DNA from: Actinomyces sp.
Lineage (GTDB): Bacteria > Actinomycetota > Acidimicrobiia > Acidimicrobiales > Aldehydirespiratoraceae
DNA length: 41,281 nucleotides
Reading direction: 5' to 3'
Assembly (NCBI GenBank): GCA_003697065.1
Contig: RFFY01000191.1
Coordinates: 1 to 41,281 of the forward strand
Below, one piece after another: positions 33,861 to 41,281 of this stretch (within the stretch, counting starts at the first letter, position 1; each line of letters begins with the position of its first letter). Position numbers and translations under genes: made by a program. A model generated the notes under the pieces. The model saw nothing but the letters and a program-made list of their open reading frames with translations, had not been told where the DNA came from and made no database searches.

Positions 33861-36800
33861 GTGAGGTTCACGGTCACTCCGCTGGGCGGTGCCCGCTCCG
33901 ATACGGCCCGGGTGGTCGATGCCATCGTCCGCTACCTGCAACCGCCCCCGGCACCAGCCCCGGCCCCGCCGAGGGTCACCGATCCGAGCGAGGTGGAAGG
34001 GCCGGCCGCCTACTACGCCGACCAGGCCAACGAACCCGGCCGCTGGCTAGGCCGCGGAGCCCGGGCGGCGGGGCTGGCCGGGCACGTGAACCGCTCCGCG
34101 TTCGCCTCGGTGCTCTCGGGCCGTGACCCCCACAGCGGTGAACGGCTCATCACCGCCCAGGGCTCAGCCAGGCGTCGCCCGACCCTGGGAGTGGGTGCGC
34201 CCACCCGCCTCGACAGCGACGGTGCCGCCCTGTACGGCCCGGCGGACGCGGCCGCGGCACTGGGCGTCTCTGCCCGTGAGATCAAGCGGATGCTGCAGGT
34301 GGGGTCGGCCATCGCGGTCGCCTCCTGGTTGACCGCGGTTGTGGGTACGGCCACCGCGCCGCCCGCCGCCGGACAGAGGGCCGTCACACCTCCCGGCGGA
34401 CCTCCCGTCACACCTCCCGGCGGGAACGGAGGGCTGGGTCGGGTCCTCGGCCAGCCCGGTGGTTCCTACCTGGTTCCGGTCATGAGCCCGGACGGGTCCC
34501 GCTGGGTGCGGCAGACCGAGCTGAGCCGGTGCCAGGCCGCCCGTGCCGAGGGGCCCGATGCCGAGACGATCCGGTCGTTGGGTGACCCTGGCGATCAGCT
34601 CAGCTTGGCCGAGGCGGCCCGGCTGGTTGGGGTCACGACCCGGTACCTGCGACGTCTGGCCCGCTACTGGGAAGCCAACCAGGCTCGGATCGAGGCGGCC
34701 GTGGCGGCGGGCCGCCGTCCCCGCCGGGCGTTCCTGGCCGCCCACCGGGGCACCGGGGCCCGCTGGCTGGTCACCCGCCAACGGCTGGTCGAGTTCATCG
34801 AACGACGCCGACCGCCGGCGGTTCGCGTCGGCTATGACCTGACGCTGACCACCGAGAAGTCCCTGGGTGTGCTCGCCCTGCTGTCGGACCCGCCGGTGCG
34901 TGACGTGGTGCTGGGCGCGATCCAGGCCGGTAACGATTGGGCGATGGGCTGGCTGGAGGACACCGCCGCCGCGGGACGTCTCAACGGCAAAACGGTGAAA
35001 GCCCACGGGTGGATGGTGGCGTCGTTCCGGCACCTGACCTCGCGGGCGCTGGACCCGTTTCCCCATCATCACAACGTCGTGGCCAACACCGTCCGCCTCG
35101 CCGACGGTACCCATCGGGCCCTGGACGCCCGGGGCCTGTACCGGCACGCCCAGGCCGCCTCGGCGTTGGCCACCGCCGAGATGCGCCACCAGCTCAGCGG
35201 CCGTCTCGGGGTGCGGTGGCGGCCCGGTCGCAGCGGCGGGTGGGAGGTCGCCGGGATCGGTGACCGGGTGATCGCCGAGTTCTCCCAGCGACGCAACGAG
35301 ATCGACGAAGCGCTCATCGAGCTCGAAGAGGCCATCGGCCGGGGCGCCCACCCGGCCGAGATCGAACACGTCGTGCTGCGCACCCGCCCGGCCAAGAACC
35401 ACACCCCCGCGGGGGTGCTGGTCGACACCTGGCGGGAGCGGGCAACCCGCTGCGGTCTCGATCCCGACGGGTTAGCCGGACTGTGTGCGGGCCCGCCGCC
35501 CCGTCAGGTCGTGGACACCGACGCGTTGTTCGCGTCGCTGGCCGGCCCAGAGGGGATCTGTGCGGGCGGGTCGGTGTTCACCCGAGCCCAGGCGATGGCC
35601 GCGCTGGCCAACCATCCCATCGACAGCACCGACGGGCCCGCCCAGCCCCTGCTGGGCGGCGCCGACCAGCTCCTCGAGTTCACCGACGCGTTCTTGGCCT
35701 GCCCGCACGTGGTGCGCCTCACCGACGGCGACGACCCGCTCTATGGCACCCGGGAGATGCTCGCGGTCCAAGGCCGGATCGTGGACCGGTACCGGGCCGG
35801 TCTGCACCGGGGCGCCCACCTGGTCGGTGACAGCCAGCTGGCCGACACGTTGGCCGCCCATGCCCATCTCAGCGAAGAACAACGCCGACTGGTCACCGCC
35901 TGGTGCCAGAGCGGCCACCGGATCCAGGCCGCCATCGGCCGGGCCGGCGCCGGGAAGACCACCACCGTGGCCGCCTGCGCCCAAGCCTGGGCGGCCGCGG
36001 GCTACCGGGTCGTCGGCGCCGCCGTCAAAGGCGAGGCCACCCGCACCCTGGCCGCCGCCACCGGGATCGACTGTGAGACGGTCGCCTGGTACCTCGCCCA
36101 CCCCGACCCGGCCCGGACACCCCTGGACGCCCGCACCATCCTGGTCGTCGACGAGGCCTCCACCCTGGCCGACCGGGACCTGGACGCCCTCATCGGCATG
36201 GCCGCCGCCACCGGCGCCAGTCTGCGGCTCATCGGCGACCCCGCCCAGCACGGCGCCATCGCCGCCGGAGGCATGTTCCGGGTCCTGTGCGACCAGCACC
36301 CCCACCACACCCCCGAGCTGACCAGCAGCCACCGGCTCACCAACCCCCACGATGCCGCCGCCGCCCACGCCCTTCGCGACGGCCACATCGACGCTGCCCT
36401 GGACCATCTGGCCGCCGCCGGGCACCTGCATGTCGTCGCCGACGACCTCGCCCTGTACCGGCATATCCTGGGACGCTGGTGGGACGCCCACCGCCGCGGC
36501 CAGGACCATCCCATGGTCGACCGGCGCAACCGCACCCGCCACCAGCTCAACCGGCTCGCCCACCTGCTGCGCTGGGTTCACGGCGAACTCGGCCCCCAAA
36601 GCCTGCCCGCCAGCGCCAACCGCCGGTTCGCGGTCGGCGACCGGGTCTGCGCCCGAGCCCCCAACCGGCACCTTCACGTCCCCGGCGACCCCCACGCCTA
36701 CGTGCGCAACGGGGCGCTCGGCACCATCACCGCCATCGGCCAGGACACCACCAGCCCCGATCGCGACACCCTCACCGTCGACTTCGACGGCATCGGCCCC

Positions 36801-37172
36801 ATCGAAGTGCCCCGCAGCTTCTTCGACCACCACCTGATGCCCTCAGGCCGCCGAGACGCCGGAATCGACCACGCCTACGCCCTCACCAGCTACGCCGTCC
36901 AAGGCGCCACCCACCCGGTCTCCACCAGCCGCATCGACCCCACCGCCACCCGCGCCGAAGCCTACGTCGACATCACCCGAGGCCGGCACGCCAACCACCT
37001 GTACCTCACCACCGGCGTCGACCCCCTCGACGGCGAAACCCTCCCCCGCATCCCCCCAGCACCCGCCGATGTGGCCGTCGCCGACCGGCTGGCCCGGTCC
37101 ACCAGCGAAATCACCGCCTGGGAACTCACCCACCCCGGCCCCCGGACCACCGGCCCCGGTCTCAGCCGCTGA
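33861..37172 (+). CDS. MobF/TrwC-type relaxase fused to a RecD-like helicase (TraA-like)
   Basis: The start GTG 33861 (VRFTVTPLGG...) was chosen over the ORF-track start at 33636. AAYYADQANEPGRWLGRGA carries the catalytic Tyr pair region. The His motif is FPHHHNVVAN. The helicase Walker A is IGRAGAGKTT, followed by VVDEAST and a C-terminal YVDITRGR. Confidence 0.9.
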   Translation: MRFTVTPLGGARSDTARVVDAIVRYLQPPPAPAPAPPRVTDPSEVEGPAAYYADQANEPGRWLGRGARAAGLAGHVNRSAFASVLSGRDPHSGERLITAQGSARRRPTLGVGAPTRLDSDGAALYGPADAAAALGVSAREIKRMLQVGSAIAVASWLTAVVGTATAPPAAGQRAVTPPGGPPVTPPGGNGGLGRVLGQPGGSYLVPVMSPDGSRWVRQTELSRCQAARAEGPDAETIRSLGDPGDQLSLAEAARLVGVTTRYLRRLARYWEANQARIEAAVAAGRRPRRAFLAAHRGTGARWLVTRQRLVEFIERRRPPAVRVGYDLTLTTEKSLGVLALLSDPPVRDVVLGAIQAGNDWAMGWLEDTAAAGRLNGKTVKAHGWMVASFRHLTSRALDPFPHHHNVVANTVRLADGTHRALDARGLYRHAQAASALATAEMRHQLSGRLGVRWRPGRSGGWEVAGIGDRVIAEFSQRRNEIDEALIELEEAIGRGAHPAEIEHVVLRTRPAKNHTPAGVLVDTWRERATRCGLDPDGLAGLCAGPPPRQVVDTDALFASLAGPEGICAGGSVFTRAQAMAALANHPIDSTDGPAQPLLGGADQLLEFTDAFLACPHVVRLTDGDDPLYGTREMLAVQGRIVDRYRAGLHRGAHLVGDSQLADTLAAHAHLSEEQRRLVTAWCQSGHRIQAAIGRAGAGKTTTVAACAQAWAAAGYRVVGAAVKGEATRTLAAATGIDCETVAWYLAHPDPARTPLDARTILVVDEASTLADRDLDALIGMAAATGASLRLIGDPAQHGAIAAGGMFRVLCDQHPHHTPELTSSHRLTNPHDAAAAHALRDGHIDAALDHLAAAGHLHVVADDLALYRHILGRWWDAHRRGQDHPMVDRRNRTRHQLNRLAHLLRWVHGELGPQSLPASANRRFAVGDRVCARAPNRHLHVPGDPHAYVRNGALGTITAIGQDTTSPDRDTLTVDFDGIGPIEVPRSFFDHHLMPSGRRDAGIDHAYALTSYAVQGATHPVSTSRIDPTATRAEAYVDITRGRHANHLYLTTGVDPLDGETLPRIPPAPADVAVADRLARSTSEITAWELTHPGPRTTGPGLSR

Positions 37173-37240
37173 ACCTCCCGGCCGCGAAGTCACCGCCCAC
37201 CCGGAGGCCTACCCCCACGAGCCCGCACAGGAGACACCCC

Positions 37241-37462
37241 ATGCCCACCACCCCCACCACCCAGGCCGAAGTGCTCACCATCGAAGAAGCCGCCGCCATC
37301 CTGCGCATCAGCCGCAACGCCGCCTACGCCGCCGCCCGCCAATGGCGCCACACCGGCGGCAAAACCGGGCTGCCCTGCATCGAAATCGGCCGCACCCTGC
37401 GCGTCCCCCGCCACCAGCTCGACCAGCTCCTCGGCCACCATCCCCACCACCAGCCGGACTGA
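37241..37462 (+). CDS. xis: Excisionase-family HTH protein
   Basis: ATG 37241 follows CAGGAGA. LTIEEAAAILRISRNAAYAAARQ...IEIGRTLRVPRHQL is a MerR/excisionase-type HTH. Confidence 0.8.
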   Translation: MPTTPTTQAEVLTIEEAAAILRISRNAAYAAARQWRHTGGKTGLPCIEIGRTLRVPRHQLDQLLGHHPHHQPD

Positions 37463-37601
37463 GCAGAACCGGCCAACCGAGGGTCTCGCTGCGGCTTGCT
37501 GGTGACCCCGGGCTGGCAGGCTCGAGCTGGCCCAACGGCAGCGCCTCGGCAGGACACGGGAACGACCGGGCGCGAGCCGACGTGCGACCGTGTGGCCGCT
37601 C

Positions 37602-38210
37602 TCAGATGCCCGTCGTCGGCATTCCGCGGGCGTCCTCGACGCGGACCGCCTCGTGGAAGCCGGCGGACTGCTTCCAGGCAACCTGGCCCTGGAGCCCCTT
37701 GAGCACCGCGATCTCGCCGCCGTGAATGCGCACATGATGGGTGCCGTGCAGCTCGATGAGCTCACGGCCTTCCCACATCCCAAGCCCCGCCCGGGTCATG
37801 TCGATCGGTTTGTCGAGATGCTCCAGTGTGAGTTCCTCTAGCCAGTTCTCCACGTCGGCGTGAACAGCCCGGCCGTAGTCGCGTAGCCGGGCCCAGTCCA
37901 CCGCACTATGACGGACCCACCGGTCGAACGCGTCGGGTTCGTAGGCGCCCGGCTGGCCAACCTGGCCGCCGAAGGTCTCCTCGACCAGCGGCACCCGGTC
38001 GAACACGAGGCGTCGAACTTCAACGTCGGCGTTGATCACCACGTGCAAGTAGGTCGCACCGATCGAGTTCGCTGTGCCCGGAGGCCACCAGTTGGCCTGT
38101 TCGGCGGTGACGTCAGCGACGGTGCCCTCAAACCAGCGCCACGCCTGCCGAGCCTGATCGCGCAGAACCGTGAGTTCGGTTCGACCAGCGGTGTCGGCCA
38201 TCACGGGCAT
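37602..38210 (-). CDS. DinB-family (DinB_2-like) protein
   Basis: The His-containing helices SIGATYLHVV, AVHADVENW and HGTHHVRIHGGEI are typical of the DinB/YfiT fold. Confidence 0.7.
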   Translation of the reverse strand: MPVMADTAGRTELTVLRDQARQAWRWFEGTVADVTAEQANWWPPGTANSIGATYLHVVINADVEVRRLVFDRVPLVEETFGGQVGQPGAYEPDAFDRWVRHSAVDWARLRDYGRAVHADVENWLEELTLEHLDKPIDMTRAGLGMWEGRELIELHGTHHVRIHGGEIAVLKGLQGQVAWKQSAGFHEAVRVEDARGMPTTGI

Positions 38211-38295
38211 TCTGGCACGACCGGGACCGGCACCGGCTCAGCCCGGGAGTCCCCGCGATGGACACCGCGGCGCGGACCGTGCTGCACATTCGAGG

Positions 38296-39462
38296 TCAAG
38301 AGCCGTTCCGCCGGCGCCGGTCGAGGAGTTCGGCGAAGGTCCCGGCGGCGTGGGCCTGCATGCCGGGCAGGACGTGCTGGTAGACGTTCATGGTGAACGC
38401 CACGTTGGCGTGCCCCAGGCGTTCGGAGACGACCTTGACCGGCACCCCGGCCCGCAGCAGCAGGCTGGCGTGGGTGTGGCGCAGGTCGTGCAGCGAGATG
38501 GCCGGCACATCCAGGCGGGCGACGGTGCGGTCGAAGATCTGGCTGAACACATCCGGGTGCACCCAGGAGCCGTCGGCCTTGACGAACACCAGCTCGTCGG
38601 GCTCCGGCGGGGTCCCGTCGCGTTCGACGGTGCGCACCTGGCGCCAGTGGGCCAGCAGTCCGCACACGCCCGGGTCGATGTCGATGCTGCGCCGGGCGGT
38701 GCTGGTCTTCACGTCGGTGACCGACACCTCGTAGGCGACCGACACCAGGGCTTGGCGCACCGAGATCCGCCCCGCCGCCAGGTCCACATCGGCCCAGCGC
38801 AGGCCAAGGATCTCGCCCCGGCGCATCCCGGTGTGGGCGGCCAGCACGAACGCCGGGGCCAACCGGTGCGAGCCGATCGCGTCCAAGAACACCACCAGCT
38901 GATCGGCGTCCCAGGCTTTGACCTCGGCCCGTTTCCGAGACGACGTCGACGGCGGGTCGGCGAGCGCCACCGGGTTGCGGACGACCAGCCCCTTGCGGGC
39001 CGCATCCCCGAGCGCCTTGTTGAGCATCACGTGGATGTTGCGCACCGTCTTGGGAGCCAGACCCCGGGAGCTGCCGGGACGTCGGCTGCCGTTGGTGAGC
39101 AGGTCGGCGTAGAACACGTCCAGGTCGCTGGGGTCCAGCCGGTCCAGCGGACAGCAGCCCAGGGCGGGGATGACGTGCAGGTCGATGGTGCGCCGGTACG
39201 AGTCGAACGTGGATGGGCGCAGCCGGGTCCGCTGGACCGGCAACCACCGTCCGGTCAGGTACTCGGCCAGGGTGATCTTCTCGGTCGCTACCGGCTCGCC
39301 CCGGTGGGCTCGCTGCACCAGTTCGGCCACGAGCCGCTCGGCGTCGGCTCGGCGGGTGCCGGCCTGCACCCACCGGCGCCGGTACTTGCCGGTTGCCGGG
39401 TCGATGCCGTCATAGACGACCGCGTACCACTTCTTGCCCTTCTTCTGGACCGAGCCCCGCAT
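38296..39462 (-). CDS. int: Tyrosine integrase of the ICE
   Basis: ATG 39462 (MRGSVQKKGKKWYAVVY...) was chosen over the ORF-track start at 39693. AHTGMRRGEILGLRWADVDL is box I. HDLRHTHASLLLRAGVPVKVVSERLGHANVAFTMNVYQHV carries HxxR, H and Y. Confidence 0.9.
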   Translation of the reverse strand: MRGSVQKKGKKWYAVVYDGIDPATGKYRRRWVQAGTRRADAERLVAELVQRAHRGEPVATEKITLAEYLTGRWLPVQRTRLRPSTFDSYRRTIDLHVIPALGCCPLDRLDPSDLDVFYADLLTNGSRRPGSSRGLAPKTVRNIHVMLNKALGDAARKGLVVRNPVALADPPSTSSRKRAEVKAWDADQLVVFLDAIGSHRLAPAFVLAAHTGMRRGEILGLRWADVDLAAGRISVRQALVSVAYEVSVTDVKTSTARRSIDIDPGVCGLLAHWRQVRTVERDGTPPEPDELVFVKADGSWVHPDVFSQIFDRTVARLDVPAISLHDLRHTHASLLLRAGVPVKVVSERLGHANVAFTMNVYQHVLPGMQAHAAGTFAELLDRRRRNGS

Positions 39463-39713
39463 CAGCGTCCCCTTCGGATCCGACCGAACGGGGACGCCAG
39501 CCCCACACCACTGGTGGCGGTCCTGGGACGTCCTACCGGGACCGCCGAGGGCGACACCGATGGTAGCGGTCCCCAACCCGAAGATCGACCGACCCCCACC
39601 GCGACGGTCCTGGCCCCCGGGCCAGCGGCGAGCTCGACGGTCCCGGCCGGATGGCCGGCGGGTGTCGTCGCGTCCCTTCCCGTGACAGCCCATGGCGGCC
39701 GGTCCCGGCCCGC

Positions 39714-39735
39714 ACAGTAGAAAAAACAGTAGAAA
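39714..39735. repeat. Two direct copies of ACAGTAGAAA (12-bp period) between int and the tRNA: candidate arm-type/regulatory sites
   Basis: The copies lie at 39714-39723 and 39726-39735. This is a markedly AT-rich patch in GC-rich DNA, about 250 nt upstream of the int start. Confidence 0.6.
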
Positions 39736-39755
39736 TCTGGGTGGCCGGGCATGGA

Positions 39756-39789
39756 AGAGGCCCTCCTCGATGTGTCGAAAAGGGCCTCT
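39756..39789 (-). terminator. Hairpin AGAGGCCCT-(16 nt)-AGGGCCTCT just downstream of the tRNA 3' end
   Basis: The 9-bp perfect stem begins 17 nt after the tRNA CCA on the minus strand. There is no U-tract. Confidence 0.4.
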
Positions 39790-39805
39790 GACCTGGGGTT
39801 TTAGT

Positions 39806-39882
<77 letters not shown>

Positions 39883-39967
39883 GCCCACGACGATAGCGGC
39901 CGCGCCCCCCGACGCCAACCGGGCCCGGGTTCGACACGGCGGGCCCGACCGGCGAGCATCGGGCGCC

Positions 39968-40387
39968 GTGACCGAGCCCGCCCTCACCCCCGACCTGGTC
40001 AACGCCACCATCGCCGAGTTGTGGGGCGCCACCCGCCACCGCTGCGTCGAGGTGTCCCCCACCCACGCCGTCGCCAGCGTCGAGATCGACCAGACCAACC
40101 TCCGCCCCGGCGGCTACGTGAGCGGCCCCACCCAGTTCGGCCTCGTCGACGCCGCCTTGTGGTACCTGACCTTCGGTGCCCTCGACCGGGTCGAACCCAT
40201 GGCACTCACCTCGGAGCTCTCCATCCGCTTCCTGCGTCCCGCCGTCGGCCGGGTCCTGTGGGCCCGGGCCGAGCTCGACAGGGCGGGGCGCACCGCCGTC
40301 GTCGGCACCGTGCGCTGCTGGATGGACGACGCCCACGACCGCCCCGTCTCCACCGCCCAGGGCACCTACACCCTGCCCCGCCCCTGA
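39968..40387 (+). CDS. PaaI-family (hotdog-fold) thioesterase
   Basis: GTG 39968 lies inside the longer ORF 39692-40387. PGGYVSGPTQFGLVDAALWY...LSIRFLRPA...AELDRAGRTAVVGTV follows the PaaI-like pattern. Confidence 0.65.
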   Translation: MTEPALTPDLVNATIAELWGATRHRCVEVSPTHAVASVEIDQTNLRPGGYVSGPTQFGLVDAALWYLTFGALDRVEPMALTSELSIRFLRPAVGRVLWARAELDRAGRTAVVGTVRCWMDDAHDRPVSTAQGTYTLPRP

Positions 40388-40392
40388 CACGG

Positions 40393-40443
40393 CCGCCGGG
40401 GCACCCGCCCGAGTGTCGACCCGCCGGGGCACCCGCCCGAGTG
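40393..40443. repeat. Perfect 23-bp tandem direct repeat CCGCCGGGGCACCCGCCCGAGTG (two copies, 5-nt spacer)
   Basis: The copies lie at 40393-40415 and 40421-40443, between the thioesterase stop and IS3 orfA. Confidence 0.9.
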
Positions 40444-40501
40444 ACGGGGGTCCCTGATTTCGGTCCACGTTGTATGGGTCTGATTCCCGAAGGATGGGAG
40501 G

Positions 40502-40789
40502 ATGACCGGGATGAAGCGACGCCGGCACACGCCAGAGCAGGCGGTCCGCAAGGTCCGTGAAGGCGAGCGGATGCTCAACGCCGGCTCGGATCTGGCCGAA
40601 GTGCTGCGGGCCTTGGAGATCACCGAGTCGACCTGGAACCGATGGCGCAACCAATACGGCGGCATGAAAGCCAACGACGCCCGCCGGCTCAAGGAGCTCG
40701 AGGCTGAGAACGCCCGGTTGAAGAAGCTCCTCGCTGAAGCGGAGCTGGACAAGGCGATGCTCAAGGACCTCGCGGAGGGAAAATGGTGA
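40502..40789 (+). CDS. IS3-family transposase OrfA (HTH plus leucine zipper)
   Basis: RRRHTPEQAVRKVREGERML...RLKELEAENARLKKLLAEAELDKAMLKDL is typical of IS3 OrfA. Confidence 0.85.
   Translation: MTGMKRRRHTPEQAVRKVREGERMLNAGSDLAEVLRALEITESTWNRWRNQYGGMKANDARRLKELEAENARLKKLLAEAELDKAMLKDLAEGKW
40777..40783 (+). promoter_or_regulatory. Candidate -1 programmed frameshift heptamer G GGA AAA
   Basis: The X XXY YYZ pattern is in the orfA frame, 4 nt before the orfA stop. After the slip, the frame continues as ATG GTG ACC..., which is orfB. Confidence 0.55.
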
Positions 40790-41281
40790 CCCCGGACCGT
40801 CGCCGGATCGCCGTGGGGCGGCTCCAGGATCGGTTCGGGGTGTCTGAACGGCGGGCGTGTCGTGTGGTGGGTCAGCACCGTTCGACCCAGCGACGACCGA
40901 AGGCCGAACCCGACGATGCCGAGACCGAGTTTCGGGAGTGGCTGCGTGACTTCGCTCGGGCTCATCCCCGGTGGGGGTGGCGCAAGGCCCACCACGTCGC
41001 CGCAGCCGATGGTCTGGCGACGAACCCCAAGCGGACTCGGCGGTTGTGGCGTGATGAGGGTCTGCAGCGGCCCCCTCAGCGGCGCTGCAAGCGACGCCGT
41101 CTGAGGGATGGCACCGCGGCCAGGTTGCGGGCCGAGTGCCCGAGCCATGTGTGGGCGCTGGACTTCCAGTTCGATGAGACCGCGCAGCGGCGTCGGTTGA
41201 AGCTGTTGAACGTGGTGGATGAGTTCACCAGGGAATGCCTGGCGATCGAGGTCGCCCATTCCATCGGCGCTGACCACGTCA
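40783..41281 (+). CDS. IS3-family transposase OrfB (HTH_21 plus start of the rve/DDE domain), 3' end outside the window
   Basis: My own translation in the -1 frame gives MVTPDRRRIAVGRLQDRFGVSERRACRVVGQHRSTQRR...HPRWGWRKAH...HVWALDFQFDET...LNVVDEFTRECLAIEV. The frame is open to the window end. Confidence 0.8.
   Translation, partial: MVTPDRRRIAVGRLQDRFGVSERRACRVVGQHRSTQRRPKAEPDDAETEFREWLRDFARAHPRWGWRKAHHVAAADGLATNPKRTRRLWRDEGLQRPPQRRCKRRRLRDGTAARLRAECPSHVWALDFQFDETAQRRRLKLLNVVDEFTRECLAIEVAHSIGADHV

Larger units (their letters stand above)
1..39805. mobile_element. Integrative conjugative element (ICE). The right end abuts the tRNA-Met 3' end; the left end was not located in the window.
   Basis: The tRNA-proximal end carries int, xis and relaxase. 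The element also has a T4CP, split VirB4, TrbL-like gene, primase and cell-wall hydrolase. No second copy of the tRNA 3' segment was found by eye in the window, so the far att site is probably upstream of position 1. Confidence 0.6.
40442..41281 (+). mobile_element. IS3-family insertion sequence (partial; the left end is approximate and the right part lies outside the window)
   Basis: orfA and orfB sit in the 0/-1 frames with a slippery heptamer. The possible TG... left terminus near 40442 could not be verified without the right IR. Confidence 0.7.

Noticed and set aside
35472-36833. 453-aa minus-strand ORF, plus the plus-strand off-frame ORFs 35485-36321 and 36287-37240, inside the relaxase gene
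   Set aside because: They are G/A/V- or P/R-rich artefacts. Only the last 73 codons of 36287-37462 (from ATG 37241) form a credible excisionase gene.
38170-39720. 516-aa plus-strand ORF antisense to the integrase, and the N-terminal extension of the integrase ORF to 39693
   Set aside because: The antisense ORF has G/R/P/H-rich composition. The integrase family N-terminus (MRGSVQKKGKKWYAVVY) starts at ATG 39462, and the upstream extension is R/G-rich and runs into the att region.
40366-41277. 303-aa minus-strand ORF antisense to the IS3 orfA/orfB
   Set aside because: The plus-strand frames give textbook IS3 OrfA/OrfB sequences, while the antisense translation is low-complexity.

Overview
High-GC, actinobacterial-type window, judged from GC content, GTG/TTG starts and gene families. 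Roughly 1-39.8 kb reads as one integrative conjugative element (ICE) abutting an initiator-type tRNA-Met gene (39806-39882, minus strand). The right end carries a tyrosine integrase, a DinB-family gene and an excisionase. Next to these sit a MobF/TrwC-type relaxase-helicase and a perfect 11-bp-arm hairpin that is a candidate oriT. A complete Gram-positive-type Tad/Flp pilus operon (21.6-32.1 kb) lies in the middle of the element and ends in LysM and wHTH-BTAD genes. A minus-strand T4SS-like transfer operon spans about 5-17.7 kb: VirB2-like, VirB8-like?, TrbL/VirB6-like, split VirB4, CHC2-Toprim primase, VirD4/TraG coupling protein and a TnpV-like gene. This operon is interrupted by an IS1380-family IS plus a low-GC DUF3644-like gene carrying an RDxxxH motif. 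It ends in a truncated N6-adenine methyltransferase remnant. A plus-strand unit (17.8-21.6 kb) encodes a glucosaminidase+M23 cell-wall hydrolase and a RelE/HigB(Gp49)-like toxin. After the toxin comes a 499-bp insertion flanked by 28/29-bp direct repeats that carries a reverse-strand receiver-like gene. The unit then continues with an XRE-HTH gene and a 429-aa protein with a C-terminal RNxxxH (HEPN-type) motif. I consider this HTH/HEPN-like module, possibly together with the toxin, the best candidate for an undescribed toxin/defence system. The left 3.1 kb is a translationally coupled recombinase / HTH / zinc-ribbon-rich recombinase-like module, followed by a slightly lower-GC secreted-protein plus lipoprotein pair. 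Right of the tRNA are a PaaI-like thioesterase and a partial IS3-family IS with a GGGAAAA -1 frameshift site. No CRISPR array and no rRNA were seen. All family assignments come from motif reading by eye; no database search was possible.
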